Below are positions 25,692-32,656 of a stretch of DNA of 32,656 nt, one piece after another. Location: NCBI GenBank assembly GCA_036584515.1, contig JAZHDE010000036.1, positions 1 through 32,656 on the forward strand, written 5' to 3'. This DNA comes from Candidatus Cloacimonadota bacterium (GTDB taxonomy: Bacteria; Cloacimonadota; Cloacimonadia; Cloacimonadales; Cloacimonadaceae). The first letter of the stretch is position 1. Each line of letters opens with the position of its first letter. Both the position numbers and the translations under genes were made by a program. A model generated the notes under the pieces. The model did no database searches, had not been told where the DNA came from, and saw nothing but the letters and a program-made list of their open reading frames with translations.

Positions 25692-26477
25692 TCAGTTCCA
25701 AAAGAGGTTGTATACAACTCTTCCAAAGAGGAGTATCAAGGCCAGAACAAATATCTCCTTGATGATCTTGTTGCCTTTTAGCACCACCAGTCTTGAACCC
25801 AGCAAGTTGCCAGCTATGCCGCAGGCGGCACCGGGAATGGCAAGCGGCATGTAAACCTGTCCTGCTACCCAGAATGTGGCTAAGGCAGCGATGTTTGAAG
25901 CCAGATTGACCAGCTTGGTGTTGCCATTAGCCTTCATAAAGTCGTAATGAAGAAGTACAGAATAGAGGATGATCAAAAAGGTTCCGGTTCCTGGACCAAA
26001 AAAGCCGTCATAGAAGCCAATCAGCAAGCCAATCACTGCTCCCACGGACATGCGAAAGCCCAGCTTGATGCTGAGGCTGTTATCTACCAATCCCAGGCGT
26101 TTGTTGATGAGTGTGAGAACTGCTAGGGCCGGCACAAGAAACAGTAGCAGATAGTTCAGGAATGCTGCAGATACTCTCAGGGCAATGCTGGCACCCAGCC
26201 AGGAACCCAAGAGAGCAAAGCCGGCACTGATTGCAGCGACTGGGAGGTCGATAATTTTGGCTCTGAGATAGGTGAGCGTGGAGAAGATGGTGCCAAAACA
26301 AGATGAGAACTTGTTTGTGGCAAGAGCTGTGTGAGGAGGTATTCCCACCGACCAGTATGCCGGCAGCGAGATCAATCCACCGCCTCCGGCGATTGAATCT
26401 ATCAAGCCAGCTAGAAAAACAAAGAAAAGGACTAAGATATAGTCCAAGCTACTCAGGTTCAGGATGATGTCACTCAT
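25692..26477 (-). CDS. TauE/SafE (DUF81) family anion exporter
   Basis: 261 aa, polytopic and Gly-rich (GGGGLISLP, FFGPGTGTF). ATGA overlap with the upstream gene. Confidence 0.8.
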   Translation of the reverse strand: MSDIILNLSSLDYILVLFFVFLAGLIDSIAGGGGLISLPAYWSVGIPPHTALATNKFSSCFGTIFSTLTYLRAKIIDLPVAAISAGFALLGSWLGASIALRVSAAFLNYLLLFLVPALAVLTLINKRLGLVDNSLSIKLGFRMSVGAVIGLLIGFYDGFFGPGTGTFLIILYSVLLHYDFMKANGNTKLVNLASNIAALATFWVAGQVYMPLAIPGAACGIAGNLLGSRLVVLKGNKIIKEIFVLALILLFGRVVYNLFWN

Positions 26478-29400
26478 AATTCTGCTTTAAATTCCAATTT
26501 CATTGTGTGTCTTGCGTTTTGTTCGGGGTAGAGATTGCCAGTATAATCCAAGCTCACCGAGCTGAAGCTGTTAACTCTGTATATTGCCTTCAGGTTCCAG
26601 GTGCTGCTGAAGCCATCTCGCTTTTCGGGTAGGAAGTTCAGATAGTCAGAACCGCTTCTATCGTTGTAACGGAAGCCCAATCTGCTACTGAAGCGGTACT
26701 TTTGCTGATATACGGTGCGGAGATTTCCTGTGAGGGAGAGGCTGTTCATTTCATAGTTGCTATCACCAGTTTCGTTCTTTCCAAGTTCCAGACTATAATC
26801 CAGATTGAGATCCAGAGCTGTCTGGGGGTTGTAATTCTTTTGCCATATGAGGCTGAAGCTGTCTCTTTGGATACTGGATTGATAACGGCTGTCTTCCTCA
26901 GAGTTATTGATGTACTTAAGATTGATGTTACTGGCAAAGAAGGACTTGAATTCCAGTGCCAGGCTTTGGTTTTGCATGAAAGACCTGTACATGTCCTGAT
27001 ACCTTCTGTCCAGACTCCTGTCTATATCCCAAGCCAGGTTCAGGTTAATTCGGCTGCTCCACAAGTCCACCCATAGATTCTGAATGAAGCTCTGTCTTCC
27101 GTAGATAGTCTGTTCGGGGTCAAAAACGTGTCCAGGCATGAAGAGATAGGTCTTCAGATTGTTTCGTCTCTCGGTTATCTCAAGAGCATTCAAGCTGATA
27201 TCCGAGCTGAAACGACGAAAGATATCGTCTTGGAAGATCAGTCCGGGTCTGAGGAAGGCAGAGGCGGAAGCAGTGATCTCAGAGCTGGTTATTCCTTGGT
27301 CACTGGTGATGTAAGTGTAGTCATAGTCTCCGTTCGAGACCACTACACCCGTGCTGTCATATAGCCCCAAGCCTACTCCCACATACTCCAGTTCCCTGAT
27401 CCTGGGAAAGAACTCTGTTTGGTTCAACTGATATTGAGCAGTGAGATTAAGAGCGTTCTTCCACCAGCTGTGTGTGGATCTGAAACGTGCTAGATCGTAG
27501 TAGGAGCGGGGGGATTCAGTATCTGTTTTCCTGATCTCTCTATGAGTGTAATCTATATCCAAGTTGTTGTTTGTGCTGTTGAAGACTTGTTTGAGAGTAA
27601 GAGTGGAACTGCTGTTGAGCTTATCCCAGTTCTCGCTTTTGAGCAATGCTTGATCAGCAGTATAAGAGGCACTGCTTCTCAGACCTTTTTCACTTGAATA
27701 AGCAAGCACGGGGTTTAGCTTCCAGTAGGCTGTTCCCGGTAGGTTGAGGTTTGTTTCACCTTCATGAAGTAAAGCATTGAGTAAGGCTTCCATTCTCAGG
27801 TTAAAGCTTCCTACGTTCCATTGGCTATTCAGAGTGGAGTAATACAAATTGCTATCCGGTGTGAGAGGGTCATTGTCTTCATGACTGGCGAAAGTAGCAT
27901 TGAGACTGGTCTGAGGCACAATCCCCCAAGCACTGTTTGTTCCGCTGTATCTTATGCTCCGAGTGCTTTGTGCAGGATATGATCTGGTCTGGAAGCTTAA
28001 GCTTTGTCTCCAGCCTGCCCCAATCTGGATTCCAAGCCTGGCAGTGATTTGTTCACGTGAGAGTGAATCAGGCAGCGCAACCTGACTCAGATCTTGTTGC
28101 TGTCCAGGATCTTCAACCTGAGCGAACAAATAGCTGTTCTCCAGCCTGTTTTCGTATTCCAACTGTAGTTCGGGACGTATGGACCCGGTATCGGGTCTCC
28201 AGGTTCCACTTATATTGTAGATAAGGCTTCTGTTATCGTTATCCTGATCCTCCGAGAGAGTGTTCTCGTCATTGGAAGTATATATGGCTTCAGCACCCAA
28301 GGATACGGAATTGCCTTCATAATGAATTCCTGTGTTTAGATTGGTGCGACGTACCGGAGCTATCAAACGTTTCTGAGGCATCCACGACCCCATACCCTGT
28401 CCACGATAAACATACTTTCCACTGGAGAACTGCTCATAATCTCCCAATCCATAGCCCACATAGCTAAAGATCAGGTTATAGGTTGCCAAGCTGTCTCCGG
28501 CTGCATATACATAGTACAGAATTCCATCACCTGTTACTGCCAGCCTGTAGAGCCCTGCTCCTGCCTCTACTTCGTAGATGCCATTGCCCCAAACGGTGTT
28601 ATCTCCAGCCTCAGCAAGTGCATCCAGATCAGAGGGAGTGAAATCCCCACCCAAAGGAACGGCAGAATCATCTGCCTGATGGATAAGATTCTGGTTCACA
28701 TAGAGTTTGGGACTAAAGTCGTACCTGAAAGAATTATAGAACATGTTCTGCTTATAGTTTTCATCCGAATACTGGTAGTAGGCTAAGACGTTATTCGATG
28801 AACTCACCATAGACAAGAACATCACGGTACCTTCGTTGTAGTCTATTGTGTAATCGTTTCCGCGCTCCAGTAGTCTCCCATCCAGATAGATTCTTTCACT
28901 TCCTGCCACGACTTTGTAACTGCTCTGGTAACCATCGGCATTCAGGTAATATGGCCCCAGCTTACCTTCAATAATATCAAGAACCAAGGATACATTCTTA
29001 CCCGTAGCAGCAGAATAACCGGCCTCCAGCTTGAAGCTTCCACTGTAGGCAGCTTTCAAACCTTCAAAACTGGTTGTATAGGTCAGATACTTGCTGGTTT
29101 GGCTCTGCCAGGAGAGATCGCCCATGGAGATTTCATACTTGGGACCAAAGACTTTGATGAAAACCTTATCCAGACTACTCAATTCTCTGGAATCTCCTTC
29201 CGGACTCAGTTTCGATTGGCTGTCAGAGAGCTGTGCCAGGATCTGAACGTTTTGTGCCAAGCTGCCGCTAAGGTTTACAAAAAGTGATTGTTTCAGATCA
29301 AAAGCCGCGTCATCAGAAAAGCTAAGAGCAAATATCTTTGAACCTCTCAGCTCGAGGTTGTTATCAGGATTGAGTAATGGACGGCGGGCGTTGATCTCCG

Positions 29401-29743
29401 GAAGACTATCGTTGCCAATATAAGCTTCATAAAAGCTGATTCGTTGCTTAAATCGAGATGGCAAACTGAGGTATCTTATCCGGATATAACGGCCATCCAG
29501 AGGTCTAAGCAAAGTGAGTCTTCCGGTCGTATAATCCAGCATGTAGTCTATATCCCGCTGCAAAGTTCCCTGCTCGCTCTCGATTGTTTCAGAATTTATA
29601 ATGAGCCTGTCATCGGCAAGGGTATAACCAAGAATGCCGGGAGCCAGCTCAATTTCCTCTGTGTGGATGTATTCCAGAGCAAGAACGCCAGAAACCAAGC
29701 TCTGGAGTATAACACTTATCAGAAGAATCTTACTGAGCTTCAA
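26474..29743 (-). CDS. Very large secreted protein (1089 aa), predicted outer-membrane/beta-rich, unknown family
   Basis: TTG start one nt after the umuD-like stop. Signal peptide MKLSKILLISVILQSLVSGVLA. Ser/Asn/Tyr/Leu-rich alternating pattern throughout. Confidence 0.6.
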   Translation of the reverse strand: MKLSKILLISVILQSLVSGVLALEYIHTEEIELAPGILGYTLADDRLIINSETIESEQGTLQRDIDYMLDYTTGRLTLLRPLDGRYIRIRYLSLPSRFKQRISFYEAYIGNDSLPEINARRPLLNPDNNLELRGSKIFALSFSDDAAFDLKQSLFVNLSGSLAQNVQILAQLSDSQSKLSPEGDSRELSSLDKVFIKVFGPKYEISMGDLSWQSQTSKYLTYTTSFEGLKAAYSGSFKLEAGYSAATGKNVSLVLDIIEGKLGPYYLNADGYQSSYKVVAGSERIYLDGRLLERGNDYTIDYNEGTVMFLSMVSSSNNVLAYYQYSDENYKQNMFYNSFRYDFSPKLYVNQNLIHQADDSAVPLGGDFTPSDLDALAEAGDNTVWGNGIYEVEAGAGLYRLAVTGDGILYYVYAAGDSLATYNLIFSYVGYGLGDYEQFSSGKYVYRGQGMGSWMPQKRLIAPVRRTNLNTGIHYEGNSVSLGAEAIYTSNDENTLSEDQDNDNRSLIYNISGTWRPDTGSIRPELQLEYENRLENSYLFAQVEDPGQQQDLSQVALPDSLSREQITARLGIQIGAGWRQSLSFQTRSYPAQSTRSIRYSGTNSAWGIVPQTSLNATFASHEDNDPLTPDSNLYYSTLNSQWNVGSFNLRMEALLNALLHEGETNLNLPGTAYWKLNPVLAYSSEKGLRSSASYTADQALLKSENWDKLNSSSTLTLKQVFNSTNNNLDIDYTHREIRKTDTESPRSYYDLARFRSTHSWWKNALNLTAQYQLNQTEFFPRIRELEYVGVGLGLYDSTGVVVSNGDYDYTYITSDQGITSSEITASASAFLRPGLIFQDDIFRRFSSDISLNALEITERRNNLKTYLFMPGHVFDPEQTIYGRQSFIQNLWVDLWSSRINLNLAWDIDRSLDRRYQDMYRSFMQNQSLALEFKSFFASNINLKYINNSEEDSRYQSSIQRDSFSLIWQKNYNPQTALDLNLDYSLELGKNETGDSNYEMNSLSLTGNLRTVYQQKYRFSSRLGFRYNDRSGSDYLNFLPEKRDGFSSTWNLKAIYRVNSFSSVSLDYTGNLYPEQNARHTMKLEFKAEL

Positions 29744-29744
29744 A

Positions 29745-30191
29745 CTACAACTTGTGGATTACGTAGGTTACTACTCCCCAAATCTGGAAATCATCGGAGC
29801 TTTGGATACCGACCGGTTCAAACTCATCATTCTCCGGCACTAGCCAATAGCCATCATCCGTGATATGCAGCCTCTTCACCGTAAACTCGCCATTCAATAT
29901 TGCAATAACTACTTTCTTATGAGTAGCCTCCAAGGCTTTATCAACGACCAGCAGATCATCCGGGAATATCCCCGCATTGATCATGGAAAAGCCAGCAGCC
30001 TTCACAAAATAGGTGGAAGGCTTATGCTGGATCAAATAGACATTCAGATCAAGAACTCCCTCAATATAATCTGTGGCAGGAGAGGGAAATCCGGCAGGAA
30101 TAGAGGTGCCAATCAGAGGTCTGAGCACCTTGGTCTCTGGATTAAAGCCATAGATGCCTTGGATGGAGCCATCGGTCTTGATCTTTTTCAT
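29745..30191 (-). CDS. umuD: UmuD-like S24 self-cleaving peptidase (no HTH domain)
   Basis: 148 aa, alignable by eye to E. coli UmuD. Ala-Gly cleavage site in PAGFPSPATDY, Ser nucleophile in AAGFSM, Lys in EFTVKRL. Confidence 0.8.
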   Translation of the reverse strand: MKKIKTDGSIQGIYGFNPETKVLRPLIGTSIPAGFPSPATDYIEGVLDLNVYLIQHKPSTYFVKAAGFSMINAGIFPDDLLVVDKALEATHKKVVIAILNGEFTVKRLHITDDGYWLVPENDEFEPVGIQSSDDFQIWGVVTYVIHKL

Positions 30192-30206
30192 ACGCCTCTT
30201 ATGAAC

Positions 30207-30236
30207 AAGCCAGTCCCGCCTCGGCAGGACTGGCTT
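30207..30236 (-). other. Intercistronic 10-bp hairpin between the TPR gene and umuD-like gene
   Basis: AAGCCAGTCC / GGACTGGCTT perfect stem with a 10-nt loop. No U-tract on either strand. Confidence 0.4.
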
Positions 30237-30253
30237 TGCTTAACTATAAAGAT

Positions 30254-31450
30254 TTAGCCTCTTCTTCTGGCAATAGCGTTAAGAAGGTTTGTGGCGTTTG
30301 TGCCATGACGGGCATCGTTGCGAATGAGTTCCAGATCAGCTCTGGCTTCATTGAAACGATTGCTTCTATAATAGGCATTGCCGCGCAGCAGCAGAGCGTC
30401 TGCATTACGGGCATTTCCACGCAGAGCCATGGTGGCAAAGCTGATGACTTTGGCCCAATTTGAGCGTCCATTATAATAGCTGGCAACAGCCAGAGCTATC
30501 TGAGGATCTTCTTCGATCAAGAGAGCTTTCTCAAAGTATTCAATCATCTTGGCATTGTTGTTCAGATTGCGGTAGTTATCTCCCATCAGCCTGTAACAAA
30601 TCAGCAGTTCTTCCTGAGAAGGATTGGTTTCGATGTAGCGGGCAAGGATATCGTTTGAATTTGCCCACTGTGAAGTGCTGCGGTAAAAATTGGCCAAGGA
30701 TCTGTAAGTGTTTCCATCAGCACGGATTTCAAGAGCTCTTTGATAATAGTTCTGAGCCTCAGTGTTGTTTCCGGATTCAGCATACTTTCCTGCCAGCATG
30801 AGGTAGGCATTGGCGTCGTTTGAAGCTTCTGCATAATCACGAAGAACTCTGAAGGCGCGTTCTGTATCTCTGATATCGTTATTAAGAACCATAAACTTAG
30901 AGTTCAGGACATCGGCGTTATTGGGATCTCCAGCCAAAATGCGATCATAATAGGTAACGGCAGCCTCATAGTTTCCGGCAGTTCTGTTTACCAAGGCAAG
31001 GTTGCCATAGAGCTGAACCTTATTCTGCTGCAGAGTTTCGGCTTCGATTGTGATGGGATTGGTAATGCCATCATAAACTCCCAGTGCAGCTTCATAATGT
31101 TCAATAGCTTCTGGGAAGATCTGTGCTTCATAGCTCTCATTGGCCATCCGAATCTGAGTTGTAGCGATGTTGAGCTGCATCTTCTCAATCTTGTGGTTAA
31201 CGGAGTCAATCTCAGTGGCAACGGCAGAGGCCTCTGTAAAAGTGGCCAGAGCGGAGTTGAATTGATTTAAGGCGTTTTGATAATCTTCAGCATCAAAGGC
31301 ATCCAAGGCACTATCAGCATAGGCTTGGGCAATAATCATCGGGCTCACAGGAGCCTCAACCACGACGGGAGTTTGGGATGCGTTGCTGCAGGCACTGATC
31401 AAGCTTAAAAAAACCAGGGTCGCAAGCAGCAGGTAACTATGTTTAATCAT
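30254..31450 (-). CDS. TPR-repeat lipoprotein
   Basis: ATG at 31450 preceded by GGAGGA; the tracked GTG at 31462 is less likely. Lipobox LSLISAC. Repeated A/Y/N-rich TPR-like helices. Confidence 0.75.
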   Translation of the reverse strand: MIKHSYLLLATLVFLSLISACSNASQTPVVVEAPVSPMIIAQAYADSALDAFDAEDYQNALNQFNSALATFTEASAVATEIDSVNHKIEKMQLNIATTQIRMANESYEAQIFPEAIEHYEAALGVYDGITNPITIEAETLQQNKVQLYGNLALVNRTAGNYEAAVTYYDRILAGDPNNADVLNSKFMVLNNDIRDTERAFRVLRDYAEASNDANAYLMLAGKYAESGNNTEAQNYYQRALEIRADGNTYRSLANFYRSTSQWANSNDILARYIETNPSQEELLICYRLMGDNYRNLNNNAKMIEYFEKALLIEEDPQIALAVASYYNGRSNWAKVISFATMALRGNARNADALLLRGNAYYRSNRFNEARADLELIRNDARHGTNATNLLNAIARRRG

Positions 31451-31670
31451 TATATCCTCCACATATTCTTATGCTAAAGACTAAAGGCTCAAGGGCTGGA
31501 TTTTGTCAATTGAAAAGAGTTTTTTAGTTTTTTTTCAAGTGCTTGTAGAACTTTTAATATACGACAGAAATGCGCTATAAAATGTATTCAGGCATAATGA
31601 TACACGGTTATAGTATTGCAAGTCTGTCCTGAGATGCCTTTAATAATCGCAAAGAAGCTGTTTTTTTTTG

Positions 31671-31699
31671 TTGACAGGATGTACAGCTCCGATTTTACT
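31671..31699 (+). promoter_or_regulatory. Sigma70-like promoter of the HU gene
   Basis: A T9 tract, then TTGACA (31671-31676), 17-nt spacer containing GCTCC, then TTTACT (31694-31699). Confidence 0.5.
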
Positions 31700-31748
31700 T
31701 CAAAACAAATATCTCGAACTCTTTTGAGTACTTAGTAAAGGAGGTAAA

Positions 31749-32024
31749 ATGAGCAGAGATGAATTGATTAAGAAAATCGCTGGAGATGCCGGGATTTCAC
31801 AGAAATTAGCCGGTGCCGCACTCGCAGCCGTCCTTGAGGGCATTACAGAGGCTCTCAAAAAGGGCGAGAAAGTTACTTTGGTTGGTTTTGGTTCTTTTAG
31901 CGTTGCCAAACGCAAAGCCCGTAAGGGTATCAACCCCAAAACCAAAGCAGCTTTGAAGATTCCAGCCCGCAAAGTTCCCGTATTTAAAGCTGGCAAGAGA
32001 CTCAAAGAAGCTGTCAAGAAATAA
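31749..32024 (+). CDS. hup: HU family DNA-binding protein
   Basis: 91 aa. GFGSFSVAKRKARKGINPKTKAALKIPARKVPVFKAGKRLK matches the HU/IHF arm signature. Strong SD AAAGGAGG. Confidence 0.92.
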   Translation: MSRDELIKKIAGDAGISQKLAGAALAAVLEGITEALKKGEKVTLVGFGSFSVAKRKARKGINPKTKAALKIPARKVPVFKAGKRLKEAVKK

Positions 32025-32040
32025 CCCATTTATTAAGCTA

Positions 32041-32077
32041 AGAGCAGGTGACCGCAAGGAGCCTGCTCTTTCTTTTT
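32041..32077 (+). terminator. Intrinsic terminator of the HU gene
   Basis: AGAGCAGG / CCTGCTCT 8-bp stem (32041-32048 / 32062-32069), followed by TTCTTTTTG. Confidence 0.8.
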
Positions 32078-32114
32078 GCTTATGATATTATCCCACAATT
32101 GCTTACTATCCAAT

Positions 32115-32231
32115 CTCTTCCTTATTCGGTTTTATTGATGTAAATTACAATAGGATAAGCGATTCATTAGCTTTCGCTAAAGGATCGTTAAAGCATCGCT
32201 AAGGAATAACTAATGAATCCTCTGGGGGAGG
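32115..32231 (-). repeat. Dispersed intergenic element, copy D (inverted relative to flanking genes, next to dnaN)
   Basis: On the plus strand, TCGCTAA, TCGTTAA, TCGCTAA and TAACTAA start at 32174, 32185, 32196 and 32207. Hairpin 32167-32180. AATGAATC replaces AAGGAAAC, and GGAAG replaces GGGAG. Confidence 0.85.
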
Positions 32232-32313
32232 AGAAGGAGGAAAGTTGTTGACTAAAAATCGTCGTTTCGATTTGCTGATTCTAAAGAAAAAATACGTTTC
32301 AATGGGGTGAAAG

Positions 32314-32656
32314 ATGAGATTATCAATAGATAAGAAGGATTTGAACCAACATATCCAACACTTGGCTTCAATCGTGCCCAGCAAAGCCACCAATCCAATT
32401 CTCACTAATTATCATATAGTTGCCAGCACAGAGACGAACAACATTCAAATCACGGCTACAGACCTGAACATCACCGTGATTGTGAGTTTCCCTGCTTCGA
32501 TCAGTGAGGGTGGAACAATTGCAGTTTCGGCAAGGCACTTCAATGAAATTATTGCAAGCATGCCGGACGATGTATTGCAACTTTGGACCAATGAAGACTT
32601 GCTTCTGATTCAATGTGGGAAGATCGATTTCAAGCTATTGTGTGCAGATCATTCTC
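32314..32656 (+). CDS. dnaN: DNA polymerase III beta sliding clamp, N-terminal part (3' end outside the window; not in the ORF track because there is no stop)
   Basis: Translation MRLSIDKKDLNQHIQHLASIVPSKATNPILTNYHIVASTETNNIQITATDLNITV...ARHFNEIIASMPDD matches the conserved DnaN N-terminal domain pattern. The frame is open to the window end. Confidence 0.9.
   Translation, partial: MRLSIDKKDLNQHIQHLASIVPSKATNPILTNYHIVASTETNNIQITATDLNITVIVSFPASISEGGTIAVSARHFNEIIASMPDDVLQLWTNEDLLLIQCGKIDFKLLCADHS

Noticed and set aside
32245-32310. Leader micro-ORF (TTG/TTG start after AAGGAGG, about 20 aa, stop 3 nt before the dnaN ATG)
   Set aside because: It has only non-ATG starts. The corresponding region of copy C gives an unrelated peptide, and copies A and B have no equivalent. 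The SD-like tract is simply the complement of the element's pyrimidine tract. The ORF cannot be supported without Ribo-seq.
32025-32313. oriC or a DnaA-box cluster upstream of dnaN
   Set aside because: There is no TTATCCACA consensus box. The nearest strings, TTATCCCACA (32088-32097) and the element's TTATCCTAT, each miss the CACA part. I saw no obvious AT-rich unwinding repeats here or in 31463-31748.

Overview
Densely coding chromosomal segment: 27 protein-coding genes (two truncated by the window edges), 3 tRNAs, and no transposase, integrase or CRISPR. Most of it is housekeeping or core metabolism. This includes pyrG (3' part), rsmA, HU, dnaN (5' part), tRNA-Pro(UGG)/tRNA-Val(UAC)/tRNA-Pro(CGG), a 2-oxoacid:ferredoxin oxidoreductase operon with two ferredoxin-type partners (which suggests an anaerobe), a heterodimeric ABC exporter, an M42 peptidase and a cupin. 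There are also signalling genes (a Cache-HAMP-PP2C phosphatase and an adenylate cyclase-NTPase-TPR protein), three large uncharacterised secreted beta-barrel-like proteins, and an orphan UmuD homologue.

The main signal the gene map does not explain is a ~117-nt element present once in each of the four longest intergenic regions: 4174-4290 (+), 15143-15259 (+), 22576-22692 (-) and 32115-32231 (-). The four copies align without indels. Each has a CCTCCC box, four TTAGCGA units phased at exactly 11 nt, a TTAGC-GAAA-GCTAA hairpin, an AAGGAAAC box and a distal GGGAG box. In three copies the element sits 263-268 nt upstream of the next start codon. The fourth copy is inverted and lies just upstream of dnaN. 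I cannot assign it to any element class I know. Candidate explanations are a phased protein-binding array, a structured RNA, or a REP/MITE-like repeat.

Secondary observations: an untracked 58-aa basic zinc-ribbon ORF, a recurrent TTGACR-N6-10-GCCTCC promoter-like signature, a perfect 12-bp palindrome in front of a DUF2089 HTH gene, and umuD without umuC inside an envelope/signalling operon.

All family names come from motif recognition by eye. No database search was possible.
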